From: Felis catus
Lineage: Eukaryota
Direction: 5' to 3'
Assembly: GCF_018350175.1 (NCBI RefSeq)
Contig: NC_058368.1
Location: 155,436,001-155,500,000, forward strand
Length of the DNA stretch: 64,000 nucleotides
Shown here: positions 12,925 through 26,200 of the stretch, piece by piece
Numbering within the stretch: the first letter of the stretch is position 1
How the letters are laid out: each line of letters begins with the position of its first letter
The notes under the pieces: model-generated
Database searches by the model: none
What the model saw: the letters and a program-made list of their open reading frames with translations, nothing else
What the model was told of the DNA's origin: nothing
Program-made: the position numbers and the translations under genes

Positions 12925-13121
12925 GGGGTGCCTGGGTGGCTCAGTCAGTTAGGTGTCCGACTCTTGGTTTCAGCTCAGGTCATGATCTCACGGCTCATGG
13001 GATTGAGCTTTGTTTCAGGCTCTTCACTGTCAGCATGGAGCCTGCTTCAGATTCTCTCTCTCCTACTCTCTCTGTTCCTCCCCCACACACTCTCTCTCAC
13101 TAAATAAATAAACGTTTTTTA
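12925..13121 (+). mobile_element. Can-SINE
   Basis: Perfect 16-bp TSD AAAAGTCTTACTGTTT at 12909-12924 and 13122-13137. Confidence 0.95.
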
Positions 13122-13624
13122 AAAAGTCTTACTGTTTATAGCTTGAGCAAAGAAAATTACATTCCATCCAACTCCCTTCACGCACACCTCATTTTATTTA
13201 TTTAGTGAATATGCTGTTTCAGCATAGCAAATTTTAATTCAGTACATTTTCATAAGTTGTTTCTATATAGCCTAAAACAAATAAAATCACTTAACATAAT
13301 ATAGTTAATATCAGAAGCCATAAGCTTCCTTTCACTATCTTCATTGTATAACATTCCCTTAGTTAAAACTAATGTAAGCTGATGGCCAAAGAACATTTGA
13401 CCTCTAACTAATATAATCTTATTAAATTATAAATAAACAAAATATAAATCAACCCAAAGTTCGGCATATAACTAAAAAGGTAATATGATAAATTAGTGTG
13501 TTTCTAAATGTAAAACTACTAACCTATGTTAGAATCTGTCATTCTGATAATACTGGCCATCATAACCATTTTAATCAGGATTACATGACATAAGAATTAC
13601 AGTTTTAAAGCAAATAGAACTTTA

Positions 13625-13755
13625 GGGGTGCCTAGACAATGGCTCAGTCGGTTAAGTGTCCAACTCTTGATTCTGGCTCAGGTCATGATCTCACAGTTGG
13701 TGAGACGGAGCTCTGTACTGAGAGCACGAAGACCACTTGGGATTCTCTCTCTCTG

Positions 13756-13798
<43 letters not shown>

Positions 13799-13872
13799 GC
13801 TGTTCCCCCACTTGTGCCCTCGCTCATGCTCTCTCTCTCAAAATAAATAAACATTTTAAAAAAAAACCTCTG
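13625..13872 (+). mobile_element. Can-SINE (left member of inverted pair)
   Basis: Head, long (CT)n and tail; degenerate TSD at 13608-13624 and 13873-13889. Confidence 0.93.
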
Positions 13873-13889
13873 AAGCAAATGAAACTTTA

Positions 13890-14096
13890 TTTTTTTAATG
13901 TTTATTTATTTTTTGAGAGATACACACAGAATGTGAGCATGGGAGAGGTACAGAGAGGGAGACACAGAATCTGAAGCAGGCTCCAGGCTCTGAGCTGTCA
14001 GCACACAGCCCGACAAGGGGCTCAAACTCACAAATGGTGAGATCATGACCTGAGCTGAAGTCAGACACTTAATCGGCTGAGCCACCCAGGCATCCC
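13890..14096 (-). mobile_element. Can-SINE (right member of inverted pair)
   Basis: TSD ATGAAACTTTA at 13879-13889 and 14097-14107. Confidence 0.94.
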
Positions 14097-14672
14097 ATGA
14101 AACTTTAAATGTGGTAAGAAATAGGTTCATTCTTTCACTTATTTTTCATCATTTTCAAACAGAAGGATCCTTTTCCAACTTTAGACTGATCATTATACCA
14201 AAGCACATGGGGATCTCCTTAAGGGAATTAATAGAGTCCTTAAGTCAAGATGTATTACACTTATTATTAAAATATATTATTTCAGAAAAAATTCAACTAT
14301 TGAAATTTTATGGGTAAATTTCCAATAAGTGGTTAGTTGTTCAAGATAACAAAATTGCAGACATACACTATACTGCCTCAAGGAAGCTAGTATGACTATG
14401 GTGAGACTTCAGGAACAATACTGTTTATAACACTGAATATCCCAGAAAAGTGTAGTAGCACTCCACCTTGGAATTCATTTTATCACCATTATCACACCAA
14501 CTGTGAGGAAAATCTTTTCTTTCCTTGTAGGTTACCCATCTGTTTAATTCATTCACTTAACAAATGCTTATTAAGCATCTATATGTACCAGGAATTGTAC
14601 TAAACCCTGGGGATATAAAAATGAATTAAACACATAGCCTTTGCGCTTGCCATTAAGATATGTAACAGTCTA

Positions 14673-14900
14673 GGGGCGCCTGAGTAGTTCAGTTGATTAA
14701 GCTTCTGACGCTTGATTTTGGCTGAGGTCATGATCTCATGGTTCTGGAGTTTGGAGCTCTGTGCTGACAGTGCAGAGCCTGCTTGGGATTCTCTCTCTCT
14801 ATCTCCCTCTCTCTGCCCTTCCCCTGCTTATGCTCGCTCTCTCTCTCTCTCTCTCAAAACAGATAAATAAATCAATAAATAATCCTTAAAAAAGAAAGAA
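14673..14900 (+). mobile_element. Can-SINE inserted in an L2 remnant (L2 end at ~14545-14670)
   Basis: SINE head/CT/tail flanked by AGTCTAG; upstream attcattcacttaacaaatgcttattaagcatct is an L2 3' end on the minus strand. Confidence 0.88.
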
Positions 14901-15699
14901 ATCTATAGTCTAGAGAGATATAATAAGTGCAATAAAATATAAAGGTACATAAATATAAAATATAAGGTTCCCGATTTAACTGAGGTAGACATGTAAGGAG
15001 TATACATGACATGGGAGAGTAAGGAAGAGGGCTGCCGGAGGCAAGCTTGAGACAACATGGAATGGACCACTAACAGAAAACCTTGTATGTATGCTAAAGA
15101 GAACACAATCTGTACCTTAAAATCCTTCAATGGTTTCTCTTGTTTGTGGAGGGAAAAATCATGGGATCATAGGTTTCCAGAATGTCTATTCAATTTATGT
15201 AATATGGCTTTCCTCAACAATGGTCACACTAACATTTCATATTGCATTATACACCTGTTAGAGAACTAATATCACCATTTTAGCCTATCTGCTTTATATC
15301 AACATGTAAATAATCTCCCAGAACAAGGATCTCCAGCTCTAGCAAACTTGCAAATTAAACAACAATTTTACTACCTGAAGAGCGGGGCAGACACTAAAGT
15401 TATAGCAAGTTTTCCAAGAAAGCATTATGAAGAATCCATACACGTGATAACATGCACGCAGCATACACACAACATGAAGTATACATAATATACTGGCAGA
15501 CTGTCCAACGTTATGTCTACATAAAGTCACAAAAGCAAATGTTTCAGCCAGATACATTTTGGTGTACCTCAGTCAGTCGTACAAAATCACTGTGAACTGG
15601 CCAGACTGTGCCTCAAAAGTGAAACAGCGCATTCTCAAGTTGCGTAAGTAAACCTTTCAAGCAGCTTAACACAGCACTTATAAATAGGAGCTCTGGGCA

Positions 15700-15870
15700 G
15701 AAGTTCTGAGGCCACATAGTTCAGGACTGAAATCCTTGGTCATTCACTGACCTTACGCAAATTATTGAACTCTGGCTCTAAGTTTTCTCATCTATAAACC
15801 TGAGATAATTATTCCTACCCCACATAACTGTTGTAAAAATATAATAAAATATAAAAAGCACTTAGAGTGG
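15700..15870 (+). mobile_element. MIR fragment
   Basis: MIR core agttttctcatctataaa...gataattattcctacc. Confidence 0.6.
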
Positions 15871-16958
15871 AACAAATTACATCAGTTTTAATAACAATTA
15901 TATAATTATAATTATTAATTATTCACAAAGTAGTATCACATCACTACACCTACAATAGAAATTATTCTAGTAAAGACAAACTCAAGTTTATACACTAAAT
16001 AAGTTTAACTTCCACTATAATGTTAAAGAAATTTCCAAAGTCTAGTCCAACTGAAAATGTTTGAGCTAGGCCTAATGAGAAAACAATAATACTGAGACAA
16101 TCATCTTAAAATAATGCTTTCAAGAAATGAGACTTTTGAAAACGCAATGAGTTATACTTAATAACTACTTATAAAGCATGGGAAGGGAAAGCCCAATCTT
16201 CCTACAAAAATATTGAGTGCCTTTTTGAGGAAAAGAAAACTATGCAATCAAACCTTTTCTCCAAATATAGTGCCGTGTTATTCCTTTTTATATTTTGTGG
16301 CCTTTTATAAGCCATTTAGTATAGATGGTAAGGCTGGTTATAATCATGGAACATCATGTACCTGTAAAGATCCTCTCCCTACAGAGAGACCTGTTTTTTG
16401 AAGTCAGTGAGCATCAGTCCTACCAGTCTTTGATTTGGGATTTGTTTATATCCCAAAAGAAGAAAAATTAAAAGGGAACAGTGACAACAAAAAAGATAGA
16501 ATAGTACTAAAGCAGAACTGTAAAAGAAAATTTACTTTGACAACCTGACATTGGTGATGATTCAAGTGAAAACAACTTGAGTAAAGAGGGCCAAAGCAAC
16601 ATCAGTAACTGTTATCAAGTTACTTACATACAATGTTACACACATGCAGACACACACACAAACATCATGGTTAGGAAGGGTTAGGTCAAATCACAAATGT
16701 AATTTGTAAAGTGAAGTAATGATTAATGAATATGCATTAAATAATAATGACCTGAATCACAGATTGCTATTAGATACACTACTACCCCTTGTAATAATAT
16801 TAAACATATATGGTCATCCACTATATAGCTAGGAAAGAAAGCCTGTGGCAAGCATCAACAATGGCTACCAGTTGAAAGACCAAATAATGTATTTGAAAAC
16901 AGACGAGACATTGATACTGCAGTTATCTGAAATTTCCTGAAATTAGTAATATATTTTA

Positions 16959-17184
16959 TTTTTTATATAAATTTTTTAATGTTTATTTATTCTTAAGAGA
17001 GCAGAAAGAGACAGAGCATGAGTTGGGGGAGGGCCAGAGAGAGAGGAAGACACAAAATCCAAAGCAGCCTCCAGGCTCCAAGCTGTCAGCACAGAGCCCA
17101 ATGCGGGGCTCAAACCCACAAACCACAAGATCATGACCTGAGCCGAAGTTGGATGCTTAACCAACTGAGCCACCTAGGCGCCCC
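16959..17184 (-). mobile_element. Can-SINE
   Basis: 21-bp TSD TGAAAT(T/C)AGTAATATATTTTA at 16938-16958 and 17185-17205. Confidence 0.95.
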
Positions 17185-17332
17185 TGAAATCAGTAATATA
17201 TTTTAAAATAAATAAGTAACATATGTGATTCTGTTCTAGCCAATATTCATTCAAATAAAAGTCAAGAATTATAAGTTAGCTAGCATGTGTTATATGGAAA
17301 TAAGAATGGAGGTGAGAAAGAGTACTCAAATT

Positions 17333-17460
17333 GGGGCACCTTGCTGGCTCACTTGGAAGAGCATGTGACTCTTGATCTTGAGGTCAAGTTCGAGCCCCAC
17401 ACTGGATATAGAGATTATCCTTAAAAATAAATAAACTTTAAAAAGTAAAAGAAAGAAAAG
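17333..17460 (+). mobile_element. Short Can-SINE
   Basis: ggggcacc...gttcgagcccc head and A-rich tail. Confidence 0.85.
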
Positions 17461-19077
17461 AAAGAGTACCCCTACTACTTTTAGGTATATTCATAAACAC
17501 CAAACTGTCACTTCCACCCCTTTTTCATTGTCAGGTTGATTTCTGTGTGAATCTTCACTACACTCTAGTAATAAAGCATGATGGTTTAACATCCCATAAA
17601 ACAAAGTTTAAACCAAACTATCACTTGATAATGCTGAAAACATCAAATAACACTAGTGTGATCTTTCCTGTGTGAAGATGACACTGACTCACCTTCAACA
17701 GAGATGAGCTTCAAGTTGTTTTTCCCCAAGGGAGATGAACTCGCTGATCTGGCCAATTCTCTTGCCAAAGCTCCCTGGTGAACAACAGCTTATATCTGCA
17801 AGATGAGTGTTACCAGTGGTCACAGAAAATAACAAAATAAAATTATTAACATAGAAATGAAACCTATGCCTTGGTCCCAAGCCACTATGTTTTAATGAAC
17901 TAAAAACAAAGTCAGACAAATATATATATTTTATAATACTTACATACAAAATTGTACATGTATTTACTCTCAGTCATTTTATTTGATCTTTCCCTGACCT
18001 AAAAATACAGTCAAAGGCTGACCTCTATTCCTGAGTAAAAATGTTCTCAGCTGTCTTACCTAAAACAAAGATTGCTTCTGACATGTAAAATCAAAAGTGT
18101 ATAATGAAAATGCTCAAAACATGAAAGCATGCCAACTTTACATCCCTCATCACCAGTAGCAATAACTGAGGAAATTACAGAATATTTTTGTTAATGTTAG
18201 CAACATTTTCAATAGCATTAAATTCAGTATGACTACAGCCAAAATTACTGTGACATTTCCTAAAATCCTGAAAAATACTTCCATTTTTTATGAAGAAAAA
18301 ATACTTTCATTACTAGCTATAGTGTTTATTCATGTTAAAACAGAAGTTTGTAATTAAATATTCCTGATATGGAATTTTATTAGTTACCAGATGAATCTCC
18401 TTCATAAGAGTTAAGAAGTTGGTTCAACATTACCTGAAGACATAGTTTTTAAGTATAAGTAAAGTTGATGTTATGTGCTTCTTTATTATTGAAAGGAATA
18501 AAAATTAGATTAGCATCTGTTAATAATCAATAAGGAGCTACTTACAACTAGATACAATTCAAACAAAAACACAATGCTAAGCATCTACAATGAGCAAGGC
18601 ACTCACTATTTGGGGTTTCTGTGAACAGGTATAAGAATAACAAAGCATAATACACAACCTCAAAGAAATCACAATATCAGTATTATTAAAACATTCCACT
18701 TCCAGTTCTACATAACTGTTTGCAATAACAAACAGCGAGAATATAAAGGGTGAAATAGAAAGCACAGCATCATACCAGAGAATGGTAGCTACCACAGGGA
18801 TGAGGCTCCTGGGCTCCTCTTGCAAGTGGATATAAGGAGGTCTCGATAGAAACGTTGAGAACATCTGCTACAACCTGTGATGCAGGCCCAATGCCACCTG
18901 TAACCAAATAAACTTTGTTAATTTAAAGTCACTATACAACCGTTTCCACTCACAATTCTATTTCAGTGGGTCGGTCCCCTTAACCAGTCTTCACTGTATT
19001 TCTTACCGTGATTCCCCACCCACTCACCAAAACTGGAAGTTCTCCACTAGGCTGCAAACTCTTAAAGTTCTCCTTCA

Positions 19078-19305
19078 TTATATTTTTTTTTTCATTTTTT
19101 TAACATTTATTCATTTTCGAGAGATGGAGAGAAACAGAGCGTCAGTGGGGGAGGGGCAGAAAGAGAGGGAGACACAGATCTGAAGCAGGCTCCAGGCTCT
19201 GAGCTATCAACACAGAGCCCGATGCAGGGCTCAAACTCATGAACTGTGAAATCATGACCTGAGCCGAGGTCGGACACCCAACTCAATGAGCCACCCAGGT
19301 GCCCC
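19078..19305 (-). mobile_element. Can-SINE
   Basis: Perfect 15-bp TSD TAAAGTTCTCCTTCA at 19063-19077 and 19306-19320. Confidence 0.95.
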
Positions 19306-19620
19306 TAAAGTTCTCCTTCACTTTAGTTTCCCATTTCTACAATGCCCAGCAGAATACCTCACAAACTGTAAATGCCTAATAATTGCTTGATAACTTGAAA
19401 TGAACTAGTCATCTTATTCCCTTATCGAAATACCACTTATTCTTGCTATAGTTCTATTCCTGGCAAGGCAGTATTAGATGAAAACACAAGATTGTTTACT
19501 TATTCAGCAAACATTTTGCTCAAACACCTACTAGGTACAATGCTAAGTGCTATATATACTAACATAACTAGCACATGACCCTTGCTCTTAAGTAATTCAG
19601 TCTAGTAAAAAAGATAAAGA

Positions 19621-21602
19621 TGATAGACTCTGAAAACTATAAAAACACTGATTAAAGAAATTAAAGATGATGGGTGGCTCAGTTGGTTAAGCGCCTGACT
19701 CTTGATCTCAGTTCAGGTCATGATCTCATGGTTCGTAAGTTCAAGCCCTGAGTCGGGCTCTGCACTGACAGTGCAGAGCTTGCTTGGCATTCTCTCTCTC
19801 CCCTCTCTCTCTCTGCCCCCAACCCGCTTGCTCTCTCTCAAAATAAATAAACTTTAAAAAAAATTTTTTTTAAAAAGAAATTGGAGGTGACACAAGAAAT
19901 GGAAAGACAATCCATGCTCACAGATTAGAAGAACAAATATTGTTAAAATGTCTATACTACCCAAAGCAATCTACACATTTAATGCAGCCACCAAAATACC
20001 AACAGCATTTTTCACAGAGCTAGAACAATCCTGAAATTTGTATGGAACCACAAAAGACCCAAATAGCCAAAGCAATCTTGAAAAAGAAAAAGCAAAGTTG
20101 GAACCATCACAATTCCAGACTTCAAGGTGTATTACAAAGCTGTAATCATCAAGACTGTATGGTACTGGCATAAAAACAGACACATAGATGAACAGAACAG
20201 AATAGAAAACCCAGAAATGGACCCACAACTATATTCTCAGCTAATCTTTGACAAAGCAGGAAAGAATATCCAAAGGAACAAAAGTCTCTTCAACAAATGG
20301 TGTTGAAAAAACTGGACAGTGACATGCAAAAGAATGAAACTGGACCACTTTCTTACACCCTACACAAAAATAAATTCAAAAGGGATGAAAGACCTAAATG
20401 TGAGACATGAAACTATAAAAAATCATAGAGAGGAACACAGGTGGCAACTTCTTTGACATTGGCCACAGCAACTTCTTATTAGATATGTCTCCTGAGGCAA
20501 AAGAAACAAAAGCAAACATTAACTAAAGGGACTTCATCAAGATAAAAAGCTTCTGCACAGCAAGGGAAACAATCAACAAAACTGAAAGACAACGTTCAGA
20601 ATGGCAGAAGAGAATTGCAAATGACACATCTAATAGATCCAAAATCTATAAAGAACTTATTAGTAAACTCAACACCCAAAAAAACAAATAATTCAATGAA
20701 GAAATGGGCAGAAGACATGAATAGACATTTTCCAAAGAAGACATTCAGATGGTTAACGGACACATGAAAAGATGCTCAACATCACTCATCATCAGAGAAA
20801 TGCAAATCAAAACTACAATGAGATATCACTTCACACCTGTAAAATGGCTAAAATTAATAACAAAGGAAACTACAGATGTTGGCAAGGATGCAGAGAAAGG
20901 GGAACCCTCTTACATGGTTGGTGGGAATGCAAACTGGTGTAGCCACTCTGGAAAACAGTGTGGAGGTTCCTCAAAAAAGTAAAAATAGAACTACACTATG
21001 ATCCAGCAGTTGCACTACTAGGTATTTACCCAAAGGATACAAAAATACTGATTTGAAGGAATACACCCAACTCGATGTTTAAAGCAGCATCATCAACAAT
21101 AGCCAAATTATGGAAACAGCCCAAATGTCCATCGACTGATGGATGGATAAAGAAGTTGTGGTGCATATATACAATAGAATATTACTCACCATCAAAAAAG
21201 ATGACATCTTGCCATTTGCAATGATGTGGATGAAGCTAGAATGTATTATGCCAAATGAAATATGTCAGAGAAAGACAAATACTATATGATTTCACTCATA
21301 TGTGGAATTTACGAAACCAAACAGATGAACATGGGTCGGGGAGGTGGTGGGAGAGGCAAATCATAAAACAGACTCCTAACCATAGAAAACAAACTGAGGG
21401 TTGCTGAAGGTGAAGTGGGTGATGGAATGGGTTAAAAGGGCGATGAATATTAAGTAAGGCACTTGTTGTGATGAGTGCTGGGTGTCGTATGTAAGTGATG
21501 AATCACTAAATCCTTTTCCTGAAACGAACACTGGAACTTAAAGCCTGTTACTCTGTAACTAGTATTTAAGGCTTGAAACTAAAAAAAGAAAAAAAGATGT
21601 CG

Positions 21603-21638
<36 letters not shown>

Positions 21639-22049
21639 GGAATGTTACTTAGTCATGAAAAATAAATGAAATCTTGCCATTTACAACATGGATAGAATAG
21701 AGGATTATGCTAAGCAAAATAAGTCAGTCAGCAAAAGACAAATACCATATGATTTCAATCATATGTGGAATTTAATTAAAAAAACAAGCAAGCAAAGGAG
21801 AAAATGAGAGAGAAGCAAACCAAGAAACATACCCTTACCTACAGAAAATAAGTTGATGGTTACCAGAGGGGAGAAGGGAGGGGGGAATAGGTGAAATAGG
21901 TGATGGGGATTAAGGAGTGCACAAGTTTTGATGAACATCAGGTATTGTATGGAAGTGCTGAATCACTATACTGTACACCCGAAACTAATATTACACTCTG
22001 TTAACAATTAGAATTTAAATTAAACTTTCTTTAAAAAGAAAAAAATAAG
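19621..22049 (+). mobile_element. 5'-truncated carnivore L1 with two tandem 3' ends, containing a SINE (~19672-19873) and inserted in an L2 remnant
   Basis: Well-preserved ORF2 C-terminus ([27 protein letters not shown]); direct repeats AAAGATAAAGA at 19610-19620 and 22050-22060; L2-like sequence on both sides. Confidence 0.9.
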
Positions 22050-23337
22050 AAAGATAAAGAAGGAAATTAGTCACTATGATACCCTGTCATCAGTTTATAG
22101 CCAGTTTTCTAGAAAGTGCTACAGATACTAAAAGAAAGGGAAAACTGGCTTAGAATAAAGGCTTTAGAGAAGAAATGTCATGTGAAATGAGTATTTAAAA
22201 AATAACAGCCATTGAACAGAGGGACAAAAAGAAAGAAGACATTCTTAGTGCAGGGGAGAGGTGAAAAATTATAGAGGTGCAAAAGGGTACACAATATTCT
22301 GAGAAATTCTAAAAGCTTTTTGGAAAGTATAAAATGAGAAGAAAAAGGCATGAAAAAGATCACAGAGATGCCTATTATGCTAAATAGCTGGACCTCGGTC
22401 TGACTAAAGGAGGTAAGCCAGAGGAGTGATGTAATCATTAAAAAGATCTTGGCAGTAGTGTGAAAGACAGGAGGAAGGACAACAGGACAAGGCAAAAGAC
22501 TAAATCACATGAGACAAAACTATCTTGACCTAATGGTTTATGGAATTATGGTGACCCGATTCATCATCAGTGGTCATTAGGTCTGTTCCCCAACGGGTCT
22601 CAAATTCAGATACATATTTAGAAACAGGTGTTGATTTATTTTAGTAAACTATTTAGGTGGTATAATCTCAATCAAAAAGCATGGCAGGAATTTCATAAGA
22701 ATTGTATCAAGATGCCAAAATGTTAATAACAACTAGCACTGGGTAGTAGGGATATAGGTCATATTTTTCTTGTTAATGATGTATTTCAAATTGTCCTCAC
22801 AGCAAAATTAAAAATAAATCCTACAGGAATTTCTTGAAACTTAAAAATTAAAATTGGCCTTAACTCTAAAGGGCCAGAGCCAGGATTCCTTCACAATATA
22901 ACTGGCCCAAAGCCTCCCCTTATCACCATGGCCCACTCTACATAAAATACACATTCCTACAACAGAACCTCAACCCATAACCTCTCTGTTTCTATAGCAT
23001 CCTCTTGCTCTGAATATCTGTCTAAATCCCAACTTCATCATACCACCAGCTATACTGATTTTGTACTTGAATTTCCAAAAGCTCATTATCTGCTCCATAC
23101 ACTGTGACACTCCATCGTATCATTTATTGAAATCCTTCCTAAATACTTCTCCAGTCTGTTCTTCCTACAGTGTTTTAAGAATACTACGGTAAAATCAGTC
23201 CTATCCCAAAAGAATATTCAGACCTGACTCACTTATGGGCAGTCATGCATATAATTATACCAATAAATTGATAAACTGCAAACACTGATCACTATTAAAG
23301 AGTTTTCAAATCTATTATCTCAGAAAAAGTTGCCTAC

Positions 23338-23797
23338 TGTTATGAGTTGAATGGTGTCCCCCCAAAAATATGTTGAAGTCCTAACCCTCAGTACCTGTGA
23401 ATGTGACCTTATTTGGAAATAAGGTATTTGCAGATTATCAAGTTAAATGAGGTCATTAGGATAGGCTCTAATCCAATATGACTGGTGTCTTTATAAATAA
23501 GGAAACTTTGGACATAAAGACAGAAACATACACAGGGAGGTCACCACATGAAGATGACGACAGGGATCAGGATGACGCATCTATAAACTAAAGTATACCA
23601 AAGATTACCAACAAACCACCACAAGCTAGGAGAGAGGCATGTAATCGATTATCTTTCTCACAGCCATTGGAAGGAATTACCTTGACAACACCTTGATCTT
23701 GGACTTCTAGCCTCAAGAACCAGGCAACAATAAATTTCTGTTGCTTAAGCTACCCCTTTTGTGGTACAATGCTACACAGCCCAAGCAAAATAATATA
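23338..23797 (+). mobile_element. MaLR solo LTR (MLT1B/C-like)
   Basis: TGTTATGAGTTGAATGGTGTCCCCCCAAAA...gtgaccttatttggaaataagg...aataaatttctgttgcttaagc; TSD CCTAC/CCTAA. Confidence 0.9.
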
Positions 23798-24179
23798 CCT
23801 AATAAGGGAAACTGATTTGTCCCCCTGGAAGTCACTAAAGACAAAAACATTCTGAAGATTGCAAATCAGTAATGATAAATTTTCTTGCTATTCATTTTTC
23901 AACCTCTAGCAAAGGTGGTATTTAATAGCTAAGTCAACCTAGTACCAAATGACTCTAAGGAAAGAGTTTCATCTATAAAGTACCATTTATAAAGCACATA
24001 ATCAAACAGAGAGAATATTATCCTATAGCTATTGGGACATAAAAATAACATGAAATTATATAGATTTTCCTTTGTTTTATAAAAGAGTTGCTCTATGCAC
24101 TTTTATGTGCCTGTGAGAATACAATTTGACCTATAATCCAAAGATAATACAATGAGTTACTTGATGAGAAGCAGGGAAA

Positions 24180-24380
24180 TCAGCATAGATCAGGAACGGG
24201 CTCTAGAGGGACACATACTTCAAATCCTTGCTATGTTACTCATCAGCTATGTGACTTGAGCAAATTACTTAACCACGGTTGAGCCTCAAATTCTTCACCA
24301 GTAAAATGGGAATTTTACAGTTTATATAAACAGATTAAACAATATATGAAATATGCTTAGCATATAATGATAAGGTTTTA
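24180..24380 (+). mobile_element. MIR fragment
   Basis: gctatgtgacttgagcaaattacttaacc...gagcctcaaattcttcaccagtaaaatggg. Confidence 0.7.
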
Positions 24381-24919
24381 CAATGTATATGAAAAGGAAA
24401 ATTCATAATTAAGGATTTTTTATACTTCTCTTGGGTAGGACAACTATTAAGCAAGTTTACGTAAGAACAAAACTCTTCATCATACACACTGTATATAAAA
24501 ATATAGTCTTTGGCTAGTTCCCTACTATAAAATGCAGAAGTTTCAGAATTTTAAACCTATTGGTCAAAACTCAAAACACATTTAAACTGATCAATATTGG
24601 AACTGAAATACAAACAGGATCTTGGTGACTTTTGGCTCTGTCACAGACATCAGTTGGTATGCTGCTTTCGAAGCTCTGTAATACCACTCCCTTATTCCTT
24701 CAGATCACTAAGCTCTAGCCAGTCCAAACAACAACCCGTAAGTTGTCAAACTAGACTGACATGAGCCTAAGCCTAATAGTATAGTACAATCCACTGGAAC
24801 CTTCTACCAAATATTACTGGGTTTTTTGCCTTTTTAAAAATATCTTATAAAATACACATCTCAAAACTGTAGCTAAATAAAAAGGGACTTATTTTGGAAT
24901 GTGTATATTTGTTGTGGGG

Positions 24920-25125
24920 TTTTTTTTAATGTTTATTTATTTCTGAATGAGAGAGAGACAAAGCGCAGGTGAGGGAGGGGCAGAGAGGGGGAGATGCAGA
25001 ATCCAAAGCAGGCTCCAGGCACCAAACTGTCAGCACAGAGCGACACAGAGATAGAACCCACAAAGTGCAAGATCATGACCTGAGCTGAAGCCTGACAAAA
25101 CCGATTGAGCCACTCAGGCGTCCCA
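24920..25125 (-). mobile_element. Can-SINE
   Basis: Reverse-complement SINE; TSD GGAATGTGTATATTTGTT on both sides. Confidence 0.92.
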
Positions 25126-25522
25126 GGAATGTGTATATTTGTTTTGAGAAATGTATAAATAATGCAAAACCTTATCAATCACTAAAATTCAAAAGGACCG
25201 TATTTTCTCACTCTACACAAAATATAAATTATACTTTGTTTATTGTAATACTTGTAAATTGAAACTTACACCTATATCCACATATAAACAGATAGAAAAA
25301 CTACAAGATTAAATCCAAAAAGACTTTATTATAGGGGTAGGGGTATTTTTGTTAAACTTTTTTATCAAAAACAGCTATCTACCTAGGTCAGATCTATTGG
25401 CAAATATATCAACAACTCATTTTTTGTGTGACAGCCAAATAGTAACTGTTCTTAGCATCCTTTAATAAACTTGGGTGAACTATAAAAACATGTTCATTTG
25501 TAATGCTATAAAAACATGTGCA

Positions 25523-25715
25523 GGGGCATCTAGGTGGCTCAGTAGTTTGAGCGTCCGACTGTTGATTTCGGCTCAGGTCATGGACTGAGAGGCACATAGG
25601 GCCCCACACTAGGAATGGAGCCTGCTTGGGATTCTCTCCCTCTCCCTCTGCCCCTCTGCCCTGCTCACAGTCCCTTGCTCTCTCTCTCGCTCTCTCTCTC
25701 TCTAAAAAAGAAAAC
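25523..25715 (+). mobile_element. Can-SINE
   Basis: Head, CT tract and tail flanked by AAACATGT. Confidence 0.88.
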
Positions 25716-25871
25716 AGAAACATGTTCAATGCAAAAATTCAGTATTTCCATCGAAGCTAATGGGAAGTCAAAACCAAACACAGGTATTTTTCTAAATATC
25801 TATGAAAATATGTTTTGCCTTCATACTTAGTGTAGTTCCCAACTTTAATTTAAATATACTGTTAGTTGAGT

Positions 25872-26200
25872 TTTTTTTTTAAATTTACATTGAAGTTAGT
25901 TAGCATATAGTAACAACGATTTCAGAAGAAGATTCCTTAATGCCCCTTACCCATTTAGCCCATCCCTCCTCCCACAACCCCTCCAGTATGGAACCCTCTG
26001 TTCTCCATATTTAAGAATCTCTTATGTTTTGTCCCCCTCCCTGTTTTTATATTATTTTTGCTTCCCTTCCCTTGCGTTCATCTGTTCTGTGTCTTAAAGT
26101 CCTCATATAAGTGAAGTCATATGATATTTGTCTTTCTCTAATTTCACTTAGCATAATATCCTCTACTTCCATCCACGTAGTTACAAATGGCAAGATTTTC
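25872..26200 (-). mobile_element. Short 3' end of a relatively young felid-type L1
   Basis: Poly(T) tail, then the reverse complement of an L1 3' UTR and ORF2 end (KILPFVTTWMEVEDIMLSEI); followed by a long T run to 26231. Confidence 0.85.

Noticed and set aside
20749..20982. L1 ORF2 peptide as an active element
   Set aside because: 5'-truncated, frameshifted and interrupted by a SINE.
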